Notes under the pieces: generated by a model
Database searches by the model: none
What the model was told of the DNA's origin: nothing
What the model saw: only the letters and a program-made list of their open reading frames with translations
Part shown: piece by piece, positions 22,399 through 34,149 of the stretch
Numbering within the stretch: position 1 is the first letter of the stretch
How the letters are laid out: each line of letters starts with the position of its first letter
DNA from: Octopus bimaculoides
Lineage: Eukaryota
Length of the DNA: 43,464 bases
Assembly: GCF_001194135.2 (NCBI RefSeq)
Contig: NC_068981.1
Coordinates: forward strand, 81,008,521 to 81,051,984
Direction of reading: 5' to 3'
Made by a program: the position numbers and the translations under genes

Positions 22399-23015
22399 TA
22401 TATATATATATATGTATATATGTGTGTGTATGTATATATATATATATGTGTATGTGTGTGTGTATTTGTGTATGTATGTATGTGTGTGTGTGTGTGTGTG
22501 TATTTGTCAAGTGGTGATCAGGGACACACACACACAGATATGGTGGGTTCCACACAGTTTTCATCTACCAAATTCACTCACAAAGCTATCGTAAAAGACA
22601 CTTGCCCAAGATGCTTCATAGTAAAACTGAACCTGAAACCACATGGTTATAAAGCAAGCTTCTTAACCACACAGCCACTTTTTTTTAATACAGTCCATAA
22701 CTGTGTATGTGGTGGAGGGAGTATTGAAAAAAAAACACCATCCCAGATATGTGAGCCCTACCCTCATGCTGAGTGAACTTGTGGTAACTATTACAATATG
22801 TGGATGAACAAAACCAAATACACACACACACACACACACACGATTTTAAATTGATTGACAGCTTATTTAGTAATCAAATATTGAAATTTTGCTTTTTATT
22901 GCAAACAGTGCAGTTGCTTTGTTTTATGATCAGAACTATAAGAAGGGATAAGTTTGATAGACTTATGTGAAATATTTTGGCACTGCTGTTTAACCTGTGG
23001 TCACTTTTGATGTGT

Positions 23016-23386
23016 GGAGGCGCAATGGCCCATTGATTAGGGCAGTGGACTCGTGGTTTCGATTCCCAGACTGGGCGTTGTGAGTATTTATTGAGCAAAA
23101 ACACCTAAAGCTCCACGAGGCTCCGGCAGGGGATGGTGGCGAACCCTGCTGTACTCTTTCACCACAACTCTCTCTCACTCTTACTTCCTGCTTCTTTTGT
23201 GCCTGTAATTCAAAGGGTCAGCCTTGTCGCACTGTGTCACGCTGAATATCTCCAAAAACTACGTTAAGGGTACATGTGTCTGTGGAGTGCTCAGCCACTT
23301 GCAGATTAATTTCACAAGCAGGCTGTTCCGTTGATCGGATCAACTGGAACCCTCGGCATTGTAAGCGACAGAGTGCCAACAACAAC
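23016..23386 (+). mobile_element. SINE family A (OR-like)
   Basis: Colinear with 1226-1607. Confidence 0.92.
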
Positions 23387-23459
23387 TTTTGATGTAGCAA
23401 ATATATGATCTATGGTATTCCAACCATAATCATCCTGGTTTTTTTTTTTTTTTACTCAG

Positions 23460-23553
23460 GTGTAATTTGTTGCAAAATAGTTATTTCCTACAAGTTGTGT
23501 GACCACATGCGGTTTCTCTCATTGACTCAAAATATTGCATCATTAAAATGTAG
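23460..23553 (+). CDS. Weak candidate exon (VICCKIVISYKLCDHMRFLSLTQNIASLKC)
   Basis: Long T tract ending actcag acceptor, TAG|GTAATA donor, one open frame; the peptide is unremarkable. Confidence 0.2.
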
Positions 23554-23674
23554 GTAATAGATTTTATTATGGGTGTAAATCTTTCAAGAATGCCAACTTA
23601 TGTTGACAACCATATAAATGATATGCTGTTATAAGAAAATGGTGTATGTTGTCAATAAATCTGACTGCTTATCA

Positions 23675-23798
23675 TTGTTGTTTCACTCTACATCAGCTCT
23701 GTAAGAGCAGACTTATACTCAAAGACATTCCAGTGATAAGTCATTTTGTTATTTATTTTCATTTTCAGACATAGTTTACCTAGGAATACATTATCCAA

Positions 23799-23835
<37 letters not shown>

Positions 23836-23905
23836 TTCTTTCTCTCTCTCTCTCTCTCTCTGGTGTAATTTTAAGGAGGTTTGGCTGTTAATTTTTGCAG
23901 CATTC
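23675..23905 (-). mobile_element. Repeat family D containing a (TC)n run at 23799-23860
   Basis: Family D motifs flank the TC microsatellite. Confidence 0.65.
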
Positions 23906-23934
23906 AGAGATACCTTCATTGTTTTGTCAATCAA

Positions 23935-24265
23935 TGTAATATATCATCATAATGTGAATTTTTTCATGCTTGCATGGGTTGGATGGGGGCTTACTGAAGC
24001 AGATTTTCTACAGCTGGGTGCCCTTCCTGTCACCAAACCTCATTTGTTTCCAAGTAAGCAATATTTTCCTCATAGTCAGACATGTTTCTGCAGAATATTG
24101 GAAATGAATGACATTACCTCTATGGTGTATAACAACCACATACATTTACAATTATCATGTGATACCAAAACAAGGAACACACACACACCCACACACACAC
24201 ACACACACACACATGATGGACTTCTTTCAGTTTCCATCAATCAAATCTACTTACTGCACCATGAA
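23935..24265 (-). mobile_element. Composite SINE: CORE remnant plus (ATG)n-type tail
   Basis: catgcttgcatgggttgg...tgcccttcctgtcaccaaacc...tgtttccaagtaag, CA run, then ttctttcagtttccatc. Confidence 0.75.
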
Positions 24266-24511
24266 TAAGTATCTTCTATTATAGCCCCAAGTCAACCATA
24301 GCCTTGTGAGTGAATTTGGTAGATGGAAACTGAAAGAAACCCATCAGATATATATGTATGTGTGTGTGTGTGTGTGTGTGTGTACTCTTGTCATGGAAAC
24401 CAGTAAGGGTTGATAACATGAAGGGCATCTGGCAGTAGAAAATTTGCCTCAATAAATTCCATCTGACCCATGCAAGCATGGAAAAGTGAATGTTAAATGG
24501 CAATGAATCTT

Positions 24512-24730
24512 AAGGCAATGAGCTGGCAGACTTGTTACTATGTTGGAAAAATGCTTAGCAGCATTTCTTCTGGCATTTTATATTCTGAGTTCAAATCCTG
24601 CTGAGGTCAACCTTGCCTTTCCTCCTTACAGTGTCAATAAAATAAGATACCAGTTGAGCACTGGAGTGTATTTGACTTAATCCTTCCTTCTAAAATTGCA
24701 GGCCTTGTGCTAAAATTTTACACCATTATT
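24512..24730 (+). mobile_element. SINE family C
   Basis: aaggcaatgagctggcag...gagttcaaatcc...gcaggccttgtgc. Confidence 0.85.
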
Positions 24731-25278
24731 GTAATTAACCTTATTTTGCACATATATATGTTCAAGGTACAATACTAATATATACTTCTCCACTATTTCT
24801 ATTTCACATTTTCATTACTAATTATAAACCTGGTTTGATGTCATCCAAACATATGGTATGTATTTTCCAAAGTGATGTACTAGATTACCTTAGGTAAAAT
24901 GTTTGAGTTCCCACTCAGATTTAGTACCCACAGTATGGTACTAGTACTAAGTGAAGATATTTAAGGTGTTCTTGTGTGCATGCATGTCTGTGTGTTAAAA
25001 GATTTGCAGAAGTGCTTTGTATGTTTATATGATTGCATATGGGAGAGGATGTGATATGAGAACAGATGTTAACAACTGGGTGTACGAATACTATAGGTAT
25101 GTAGAACAGGTTGGTTGAGAACCTCATTACAATGATCAGAAGCTGAATTATAAAAGGGTTTGAAGTTAGCAGGAATAATAACAGAAAAATACTGGAGAGG
25201 GGGCATATCATAAAATATTATATGTATGTATGTATGTATATGTATGTATGCGTAATATATATATATATAATTAGATTG

Positions 25279-25373
25279 GAGCCTGGTGTTGCCATCCGGT
25301 TTCACCAGTCCTCAGTCAAATCGTCCAACCCATGCTAGCATGGAAAGCAGACGTTAAACGACGATGATGATGA

Positions 25374-25377
<4 letters not shown>
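25279..25377 (+). mobile_element. LINE 3' end fragment (family E) with (GAT)n tail
   Basis: cagtcaaatcgtccaacccatgctagcatggaaagcagacgttaaacgacgatgatgatg. Confidence 0.8.
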
Positions 25378-25417
<40 letters not shown>

Positions 25418-25761
25418 GTATACACACAGATATATACATATATATGTAAATACACACATATATGTATATGTATACACACACACATACATATATATACATA
25501 TCTGTAATATAATATGTGACAATTATTCAGTTGCCATAATAAGACTCCGATTTTCGGATGTTGGGGCAGAAACCTGCTCCAGCATCTTGTCAGTTATCGA
25601 GGCAATCAAAAAATGCTAGCCCCAACATACGAAACTCGAAGTCTTTTTATGGCAACCAAATAATTGTCACATATATTACAGATAACTTCCTCTATTTATA
25701 TAATATCGAGGTCTCATTCATTCTTTTGTTCTTACCATTACTATTAATAAAATATATATAT

Positions 25762-25811
<50 letters not shown>

Positions 25812-25869
25812 CCTCTATGCATAATTATAAACTTGGACTAGCTGTGTGGTAAGTAGCTTGCTTAGCAAC

Positions 25870-25879
25870 NNNNNNNNNN
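25870..25879. other. 10-N gap flanked by a 54-bp exact overlap
   Basis: 25816-25869 is identical to 25880-25933. Confidence 0.97.
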
Positions 25880-25895
25880 TATGCATAATTATAAA

Positions 25896-26053
25896 CTTGG
25901 ACTAGCTGTGTGGTAAGTAGCTTGCTTAGCAACCACATGGTTCCGGGTTCAGTCCCACTGCATGGCACCTTGGGCAAGTGTCTTCTATAGCCTCAGGCCA
26001 ACCTAAGACTTGTGAGTGGATTTGGTAGACGAAAACTGAAAAGAAACCTGTCG

Positions 26054-26094
<41 letters not shown>

Positions 26095-26297
26095 TTGTGT
26101 GTCTGTGTTTGTCCCCCCACCATCACTTGACAACCGCTGCTGGTGTGTTTACTTCCCCGTGACTTAGCGGTTTGGCAAAAAGAGACCGATAGAATAAGTA
26201 CTAGGCTTACAAAGAATAAGTCCTGGGGTCGATTTGCTCAACTAAAGGCGGTGCTCCAGCCTGGCTGCAGTCAAATGACTGAAACAAGTAAAAGAGT
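25896..26297 (+). mobile_element. CORE-type SINE family B, full length
   Basis: Colinear with 21991-22398. Confidence 0.92.
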
Positions 26298-26334
26298 ATA
26301 TATATATATATTCTTGCAATGAGTTGGATGGAAT

Positions 26335-26680
26335 TCTGTCGAGGCAGATTTTGTATGGTTGAATGCTTTTCCTATCACCAACCCTCACCTGTTTCCAAGT
26401 AAGGTAACATTTCCCCTTATCCAGATATGTTTTCAAGGAAGATTGTAAATGACGGACACTGCTTGCATGATGATCACACTTGATTAAAGTTATCATGACA
26501 TCAAGAAGTCAAGGCAAAGAGACTGTAACATGCATACATGCACACTCATACATTTATATATGACAAGTTTCTTTCAGTTTCCATTTACCAAATCCACTCA
26601 AGGTTTTGGTTGACTCAGAGTTTGGCCAAGGGCCATGCAATAGAACTGAATCTGAAACCATGTGGTAGGGTGGGAAGCAA
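26335..26680 (-). mobile_element. Composite SINE: CORE head plus (ATG)n-type tail
   Basis: Same block order as 14740-15160. Confidence 0.72.
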
Positions 26681-27039
26681 ACCTCTGAAGAATTATGCAT
26701 GTGGATTTGTACATAGATTTGTGTGTCGGTATTTATACATATGTATATACATACATGTGTACATGCAGCAGGTTGGCAGAGTTTTTAGTTCAAATCTTCA
26801 CAAGGTTAAGTTTGCCTTTTATCTTTTTGGAGTTGGTAAAGTACCATTTCTTCTCCTTTTCTCTCTCTTTTCTACATTCTATACATTCTCTTTTTCTCTC
26901 TGAAAAAAAATCATCTATGGTCAGATCTGGAGAATGACAGGTTTAGTTAGATTTAAAATTCTTAGACACATCATATTTCACAAACAGTACCCCATGACTC
27001 CATCAAAACATTCCATAATTATTCTAATTTTTGTACCTG

Positions 27040-27064
27040 TATATATATGCATAAGTGTGTGTGC

Positions 27065-27115
<51 letters not shown>

Positions 27116-27193
27116 AGTCTGTGTGCATGTATATATAGGCATTAGTGTGTGCGCGTAGATATATATATGCTTAAGTTTGTGTGTGTGTGTATG

Positions 27194-27231
<38 letters not shown>

Positions 27232-27275
27232 TAAGTGTGTGTGTGAGTGTGTTTGGATGTGTGAGCATATACACA
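27040..27275. repeat. Compound AT/GT microsatellite field
   Basis: (AT)n 27069-27110 and several GT runs. Confidence 0.95.
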
Positions 27276-27620
27276 CATCTCTCTCTTACTCCCATTTTAA
27301 TTCACACTCAACTTGTTTCATTATATATTATGTCATATTTTTGCAGTGCTTTTGAAAATTTGTACCAATCCTTAAGAATTTTCATGATTAAATTTGTTAA
27401 AGAGTAATTTATGAATTAATCTGTCTGTTAAGCTGCCCTACTAAGATAACACCCTGTTGCACAGTAGTCCACAGATCTGCCTCTGGGTATGTATCTTTGT
27501 TTCAAGTATGAGTAAGAGAGATTGTTTCAGTAGATTCAATTGTGATTTGACCCTTTCAATACAAACTTGCCTGAGACTACCCCTGGTTCTATAATACAAA
27601 CTTCCTGTTTTAAAGGGGTC

Positions 27621-27825
27621 TACCATATTTTCTAGCACACAAGTCAAATTTTTTCGGGCAAAAATTTACTACCAAAAATGGTAGGTTGACTTACACATCA
27701 ACACAACTTTGGAAAACCAAAAACTTTTATGTGAAATGCAGTAGGATTTGGGAAGATAGGGACAATGTTTGAATGTTTACACTACATTGTGTACTACATC
27801 GACTTGTCTGCCAGAAAATAGAGTA
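27621..27825. mobile_element. pogo/Tigger-like MITE
   Basis: Left TACCATATTTTCTAGCACACAAGTCAA vs reverse complement of right TACTCTATTTTCTGGCAGACAAGTCGA; TA at both ends. Confidence 0.78.
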
Positions 27826-28071
27826 AATTAAAACCTTCCATCAAAATTTCATACAAAATTTGTATTCCAAATTATTAATAACGATTATTTTGGTATTTTC
27901 TTATTACCAACTGCCAATCTTTTATTTACAGAAAGATTAGTAATTAATTTATTAAATAATCACCCAATTCCTTGCTCTTCTTCTCCATGAAGTAGTGATA
28001 ACTATTCCAAAAGTCTTGATAAACTATTATACCTGTTTCACAAGTGTAATAATTTATTTACTACTCCTTTT

Positions 28072-28241
28072 TTAACACTTCAGCATTCAGATTACTCTGT
28101 CAAATGAAATACTTTATTCACATTGTTTTGGATTTATCATGCAATATCTCATAGCTTCAAGATTTTGATGTGATTAACTTTGAGAATAACATAAAGCCAG
28201 TAGAATATTTTGGCCGGATATTGCTGGTATAAGAGGGTTAA
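28072..28241. mobile_element. piggyBac-type TTAA MITE copy 3 (internally deleted)
   Basis: TTAA-CACTTCAGCATTCAG ... AAGAGGG-TTAA. Confidence 0.85.
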
Positions 28242-28479
28242 ATGTAAATTAGCTGGCAATAATAGGAAATTATTGTTATTTTATTAAATTCTTCAGTGTT
28301 TGATAACACAAAAGTTAACTTTTCCAAAACCATATTTGTCATGAAATACAGTACTTATGTATTTGAATTAATTTTGGAAATACTTTTCTCCACACACATA
28401 CACTGATGTCCATGGTTTACTGCTAACATTACCTTAACAGAAGTCACTATTTGCCTACATTTTACCCCTCACCCTTTTG

Positions 28480-28830
28480 CAAGCTTCTTAACCATACAGC
28501 TACTCTGTCCCACTGCACAACACCTGTGTCTTCTATTGTAGCCCCTAACTTACCCAATGCTTTGTGAATGACTATGGTAGATAGAAACTAAGGCTTATAT
28601 ACATATATGTGTGTATATGTCTTTTTTGTCTGTTTCCATCACCACTTTACTGTCAATGTTGGTTTGTTTATGGACCTGTTACCTGGCAGTTAGGCATAGA
28701 GACTGATAAAATAAGTACTAGATTTTTAAAAAAAATATAAGTACTGTGGTCAATTGTTGGATGAAAACTCTTCAAGGCAGTGCCCCTGCATGGTTGCAGT
28801 CCAATGACTGAAACAAGTAAAAATTAAAAA
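28480..28830 (+). mobile_element. CORE-type SINE family B, degenerate
   Basis: gtcccactgcacaacacctgtgtcttctattgtagc core and gtccaatgactgaaacaagtaaaa tail. Confidence 0.75.
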
Positions 28831-29639
28831 TAAAACAAATAATAAATTCAGATTCTTGAAATAAAGATCCAAAATTCTTACCATAACACACTCATGTCAT
28901 TGTGAGGTCAGTAAATACATAACTGTACTTAGTCTACTGTTGGTAAATAAGCCAGTACTAGGTATGTCATTTACTGGTCTCGCCTCTGGAAAATAGCTAA
29001 ATGGGGGCAAATGTACATGAGGGTGGACAAGTCAATAGGATACTTAGCAACTAGCTGAGAGTTCAATAGTTCAGATCCTATCAATGGCACTGTGTTGTGT
29101 TCATGGTGATGACATTTAATTTACAATGCTTTTAACTCCTGTGACTAGGCTGTTGTTTAGTCTCAAGTCAGCTCTGATCCAGCAGAACTGTAATCAATGA
29201 TGCTCTAACTATGATCATTTTGTCTTAGATATTGCATATCTAAAACTATGGCATACAGTTGGTCCTTTCTGAAGACATGTAGGACGTGATCTGTGAGATA
29301 ATTAGCTGCTACTTCTTACAGGTTGAAGCAACCATATAACCTTCATTGCCTCAAAAGTCTGTGAATAAGTTCTGTGGTTGGTGTAATTCCCTGCTACAAC
29401 CAGCACTAGCTACAGCATCGTTGCATTGATGAGGAGTTAATTAGCTTGTATTGGTGAGTGGTTCATTAACTTGCAGTACTGAGTTCAGTTTTGCCTAACT
29501 GAAAAGTTAACTCTGCTGGACATGATAGCATCTTATTCTTGGTTGTTTGCTTATTGCTGTGGAAATAAGAGACAAACGCCATCTTTATGAATCCTGACGA
29601 TTTATAAAGGGATTGGCTTAACGTTTGGGTTTCACAGAA

Positions 29640-30050
29640 TTGTCATCATCATTATTTTAATGTCTGCTTCTCCATGCTTGCATAGGTCAGATGGAACTTG
29701 TTGAGGTGGATTTTCTATGGTCAGATGCCTTTCCTGTTTCCGAGTAAGGTAATATTTCCCCATAACCAGACACATTTATATGGATGATTGGAAACAAAGG
29801 ATGTCGTTTGCATCATGATGACACTTGCTTACAACTGTTATGCAATGGTCAAGCCTAAGAGACAGTAACACAAACACACTCCTATACATATATGGCAAGC
29901 TTCTTTCAGTTTCCATCTACCAAATCTTCTCACAATGCTTTGGTCAGCCTGGGGCTATCATACAAGACATTTGCCCTAGGTGCCATGCAGTAGAATTGAA
30001 CCATGTGGTTGAGAAGCAAACTTCTTGCCACAAAGCCATGCCTGTACCTG
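29640..30050 (-). mobile_element. Composite SINE: CORE head plus (ATG)n-type tail
   Basis: catcattattttaatgtctgcttctccatgcttgc tail through ccacaaagccatgcctgtacc head. Confidence 0.8.
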
Positions 30051-30294
30051 TACATCTATAAAATGTTATCCACCCAACTTTGCGCTATGGTGATATGCTT
30101 ATTGAGAAATTTACCCCAAAAATGTGAAAAATATCAACAACAAAGAGCAGCATATAAATTACATAGGAATGTCTTTTGATATCAGCTGTTCAAATATTTC
30201 CTCTTTTGCTATTTTGAGGATGTATCTTAAGCCTGGCATTCATGTGCGAGGAAGAGATACAAAAGGTAAATGTCCCACTGAAACAGGACAAATA

Positions 30295-30352
30295 GCTTTT
30301 TTTTCTTTTTTCTTTTCTTTTCATTTTATCATTTATTTTTTTCCAGGTGAGT
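30295..30352 (+). other. Candidate recursive splice site (polypyrimidine tract-CAG|GTGAGT)
   Basis: ~50-nt pyrimidine tract ending TTCCAG (AG 30345-30346) immediately followed by GTGAGT (30347-30352). Confidence 0.45.
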
Positions 30353-30689
30353 GCCTGGGGTCACAATAATTTCTTCTTTAACAGAATCTGTGGCCCACAT
30401 ATCATGCGTCATTGAAACTATTTCATACTCGCTTAGGTTGTTAATCCTTATAGCATTAAAATTATCAATATGCAGAAAGACAATATTTAGTAGTCTTATT
30501 CAGATTATTTAAGGGTAAGTTGTGTTTAATGTAACAGAAAAATTAGTTTTCATACTTTTATAAATAAATTATTGAAATGTCAGTTATTCTGCAATGACAA
30601 TGATGATTGTTGACATATGCAGTACCGTTATGTAAACATAAAGAATTCTTAAAGCCTGTTCACTTCCAATTTTGTCATTTTGTCATAAA

Positions 30690-30870
30690 GAGCAAGTTGG
30701 CAGAATCGTTAGCATATCAATCAAAATGCTTAATGGCATTTCTTCTGAGTTCAAATACTGCTGAGGTTGACTTTACCTTTCACCCTTTCAGGGTCAGATG
30801 AATACTAGGGTCAAAGTAATCAACTATCCCTCTCCCCCAAAATTACAAGCCTTGTACCTATAACAGAAAA
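30690..30870 (+). mobile_element. SINE family C
   Basis: gttggcagaatcgttagc...gagttcaaatactgctgaggttgactttacctttcaccctttcagggtc. Confidence 0.8.
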
Positions 30871-30899
30871 AATATTGTCATTTTCTTCCTATAAGAGTT

Positions 30900-31200
30900 A
30901 CAATCATCACTTTGTTCAATCCTACTATAGATCATCTTTGTTAAGTGTCTATTATTGTAACCTTGGGTCAACCCAAGCTTCGTTGGGGAGGCTGGGTAGA
31001 TAAAAACTGTATGGAAGCCACACATCAAGATGAACTCTAGTTGAACTGAAGGAGCCATCCTTGTTACACACTGTCTCACTAATTGTGCCTGAGGCTTATA
31101 TTAAGGTTACAAATGTCTGTGAAATACTCAGCCACTTATACAAGAGTAAACAGTTCATTTGTCGGAACAGCTGAAATACTCATCATTGAAATTGACTGAG
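30900..31200 (+). mobile_element. Old chimeric SINE: CORE block plus family-A-like 3' half
   Basis: ttaagtgtctattattgtaaccttggg then aaggttacaaatgtctgtgaaatactcagccactt; parallels 6166-6505. Confidence 0.6.
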
Positions 31201-31269
31201 ATCCATTTATTTAATTCTTTTATTCTTTTACATGTTTCAGTCGTAAGGCTGTGGCCATGCTGGGGCACA

Positions 31270-31676
31270 GCAAGCATGGCTGTGTCGTTAAGAAGCTCAC
31301 TTCATGATCAGATAGTTTGGGATTCAGTCCCATTGCATGGCACCTTGGGCAAGTGTCTTCTATCCTGGGGTAATCAATACCTTGTGAGTGAATGTGGTTG
31401 ATGGAAACTTTGTGATAGCCCATTGTGTGTGTATATGTATATATATGTATGTGTGTGCATGTCTGTGTGTGTATGTTCATATTTGTCCCCTCCACTACTT
31501 GACAACCAGTGCTGGTTTGTTTATGTCCCTATAACTTAGTGGTTTGGCAGATTAGACTAACTGAATAAGTACCAAACTTAAAAAAAAAAAAAAATACACT
31601 GATGTTGATTTGTTCAGCCGAGCTTTTCAAGGCAGTGCTCCAGCATGGCAGCAGTCTAATGACTAAAGCAAGTAAA
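31270..31676 (+). mobile_element. CORE-type SINE family B
   Basis: accttgggcaagtgtcttcta core and gcagtctaatgactaaagcaagtaaa tail. Confidence 0.85.
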
Positions 31677-31861
31677 TACATATACAATAAATGTCAAAGT
31701 CTGTATATTTGAGAGAATTTAAAGTGAAACATTAAACTGGAGTTATGGGTGAAAGTTTCCTCTTACAGATGTTAGTAATATGAACCATTTCCATGATGTT
31801 AGCATTACCATATAACACCACAAATCAATAGCTTTATGCCAAATGGTAGGTTATTTACCAG

Positions 31862-31931
31862 CTGACTAGGTTTGCTGGACTAGCACTGGCCTGGCAGTCC
31901 AACCACTACCACAATTTTCTTTACTTGAATG
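31862..31931 (+). CDS. Candidate 70-nt exon LTRFAGLALAWQSNHYHNFLYLN
   Basis: Acceptor ttatttaccag, strong donor ATG|GTGAGT, only phase 0 open, relatively GC-rich; no family recognised. Confidence 0.38.
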
Positions 31932-31992
31932 GTGAGTATTCTAATAAGTGAATCAATTGAACAACAATATAACAGGTGCAGCTGTGTCAAGT

Positions 31993-32540
31993 TATAAAAC
32001 CAATAGGTGTATGTATTACATGTGTGTTTTATAACCAACTCATCTACATATGTGGGTTATACAACTGTTAAGTTGTGTATGTGTGTATGAAATGATTTCT
32101 GACTAAATGCTGAGGGTGTATTGTAAAACTAGTGTGTAGGGTGTTAAAAAAATTAATAGAGGTGTTTTATAAAACTAATAGCAATGTGTATGTATGCATC
32201 TAGTTATGTTATAAAACTTACAGTTCTGTATGTATGTGTGTGCTCAAACTTATAGTTCTCTGCTTGTGATATAAAACTTTTATGTAGGTGTATGTGATTT
32301 AAAACTAACAACTCTGTAGTTTTGTATTGTGTGTGTCACATAAAACTAATAGGTAGGATGTGTGTTTGGGTGTATGCATATTATAAAATTGGCTAGTTTT
32401 GCATCAGTGTGTGTTATAAAACTAATGTGTGTGTTATATAAAACTTATAGGTCTTTGTTTGTAAATATATGTGCCATAAACTAATAGGTTTATAGGTATG
32501 ACACACAACTAATAGGTATGTATGTGTCTGTGTATTAAAA
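31993..32540 (+). repeat. Cryptic degenerate array of TATAAAACTAATAGG motifs with GT-rich spacers
   Basis: Roughly 15 variants of ataaaact(a/t)a at irregular spacing of about 20-50 bp. Confidence 0.8.
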
Positions 32541-32824
32541 TGACTGAATGTATTATATGTGTGTCACAACCCATAGATTATGTGCATATGTATGTATATT
32601 CAATTCTGATGTAGGGCACAAAACCACACATCTAAGGATGGTGAATTGTCAATTACACTGACTTCAATACTTATCTGGTTCAGACTTTATTGACTTTGTG
32701 AAAAGTTGGAAAATAAAGTTGACCTCAGTGTGTTTCAAACTGAGTTTATAGAGAAACAACTAAATTCTGCAACACTGTTTCTCCATTCATCCACTGATTC
32801 TGTTAATCTATTGACTTTATGCAT

Positions 32825-33080
32825 ATATCTTTTATCTTTTACTTGTTGTAGTCATTGGATTGTGACCATGCTGGGGTACCATCTTGAGGTGTTTAGTTGA
32901 ACAAATCAACCCCAGTGTTTATTTTTTAAGTCTGGTGCTTATTCTATTGGTCTCTTTTACTGAACTGCTTAGTTGTGGGGACATAAACCAACATCAATCA
33001 TTAAGCAGTTGTGGAAGACAAATACACACATACATATATAAAAGAGAAGCTTCTATGTAATTTCCATCTATCAAATTCAG
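32825..33080 (-). mobile_element. CORE-type SINE family B, partial
   Basis: gtagtcattggattgtgaccatgctggggtacc tail and aagcttctatgtaatttccatctatcaaattc core end. Confidence 0.75.
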
Positions 33081-33109
33081 AAAATGCATGTTTGTGTGTG
33101 TGTGTGTGT

Positions 33110-33742
33110 GTGTTTATGGCTAGCAGTTAACAGAAATGACAAGAGCAGCCATGGGTAAACCCATTTCATCAGCCAAGTTTTTATCCAGAATCATTAAGAT
33201 TTCAGTGGTTGGAAAAAGTTGGTATTGCTTCATCTGGAAAGCATTAAAAAGTCAACTGCAACAAAATGAAGACAAGTCCTATGACTGAAAGCTCTTTTAT
33301 TAAAAAGTCTTACAATTGAAAACAAACAAGATGGAGACAAATAACTAGCATGACAAACAAGAACAAATATATAATGCATATAAACAAAGAAGGTGTGTTT
33401 TGAAGACCATCTCCATCTTCAATTCATCAGTTTTCTTTAATCATAGGAGATTATGGATCTATACCCAGATTGGTTGTTTTAATCGCCTGACATTGCCCCA
33501 TCTGATTATCATTTGAATGGAAAAAATATGAATTCTGTAGATGTGGTCAGAACAATACTGAAGGAGTATTTTTGATCATGGACAAGTGAATTTTGGAAGA
33601 GGGGCTTTGCAAGTCTACCAGGTAGATGGAAGAGCATTGTAAGAAATGAAGGAGAATATATTTTAGATTAAAAAATAACTTTGTTTATTTTAATTTTGAA
33701 AAATAAAACTATAAAAAAAACATTATTTATGGGATGACCCAA
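33110..33742 (+). mobile_element. Mariner transposon remnant (transposase pseudogene plus 3' TIR)
   Basis: 33483-33671 translates SPDIAPSDYHL-NGKNMNSVDVVRTILKEYF*SWTSEFWKRGFASLPGRWKSIVRNEGEYILD*, containing the mariner YSPDLAPSDYHLF motif; TIR ttatttatgggatgacccaa at 33723-33742. Confidence 0.9.
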
Positions 33743-33759
33743 GATATATATGTATAGTG

Positions 33760-33942
33760 TCTGCCATGTAAAATGCATCCAGTACACTCTGTAAAGCGGT
33801 TTGCGTTAGGAATGGGGGAGCATCCAGCTGTAGAAACCATGCCAAAACAGACAATTGGGGCATAGACAGCTCTCTGGCTGGCCAGCTCCAACCCATGCCA
33901 GTATGGAAAATGGACATTAAATTATGATGATGATGATAATTC
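33760..33942 (+). mobile_element. Family E LINE-type 3' end with (ATG)n tail
   Basis: gcatccagctgtagaaaccatgccaaa...ccaacccatgccagtatggaaaatggacattaaattatgatgatg. Confidence 0.8.
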
Positions 33943-34149
33943 CATGATACATCTCACAGATACTCTGGAATGTATTGCCAGTTTCAGGTGTCTCGGGGAG
34001 TTTTGGATCCTCCAACATCAGACCTTCTCAGCCAGGGTTGATCAAGTTCCAGCTTGCATCCCAATTGGTGTAAATCACTTGTCTGCCCTCTTTATCCAAA
34101 ATCACCTAGTGGCCTTCTCTACAGCTCACAGTAATAGCGTTATATATAG

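Noticed and set aside
22289-27407. Many 60-143-aa ORFs rich in YIYI, CVCV or THTH
   Set aside because: They are translations of dinucleotide microsatellites and SINE bodies.
31862-31931. BEACH-domain WQ..ISNF.YL..LN motif
   Set aside because: Spacing and key residues do not match; no gene symbol assigned.
31993-32540. CRISPR-like repeat-spacer array
   Set aside because: Eukaryotic context, repeats highly degenerate, spacers of variable length and low complexity, no cas genes.
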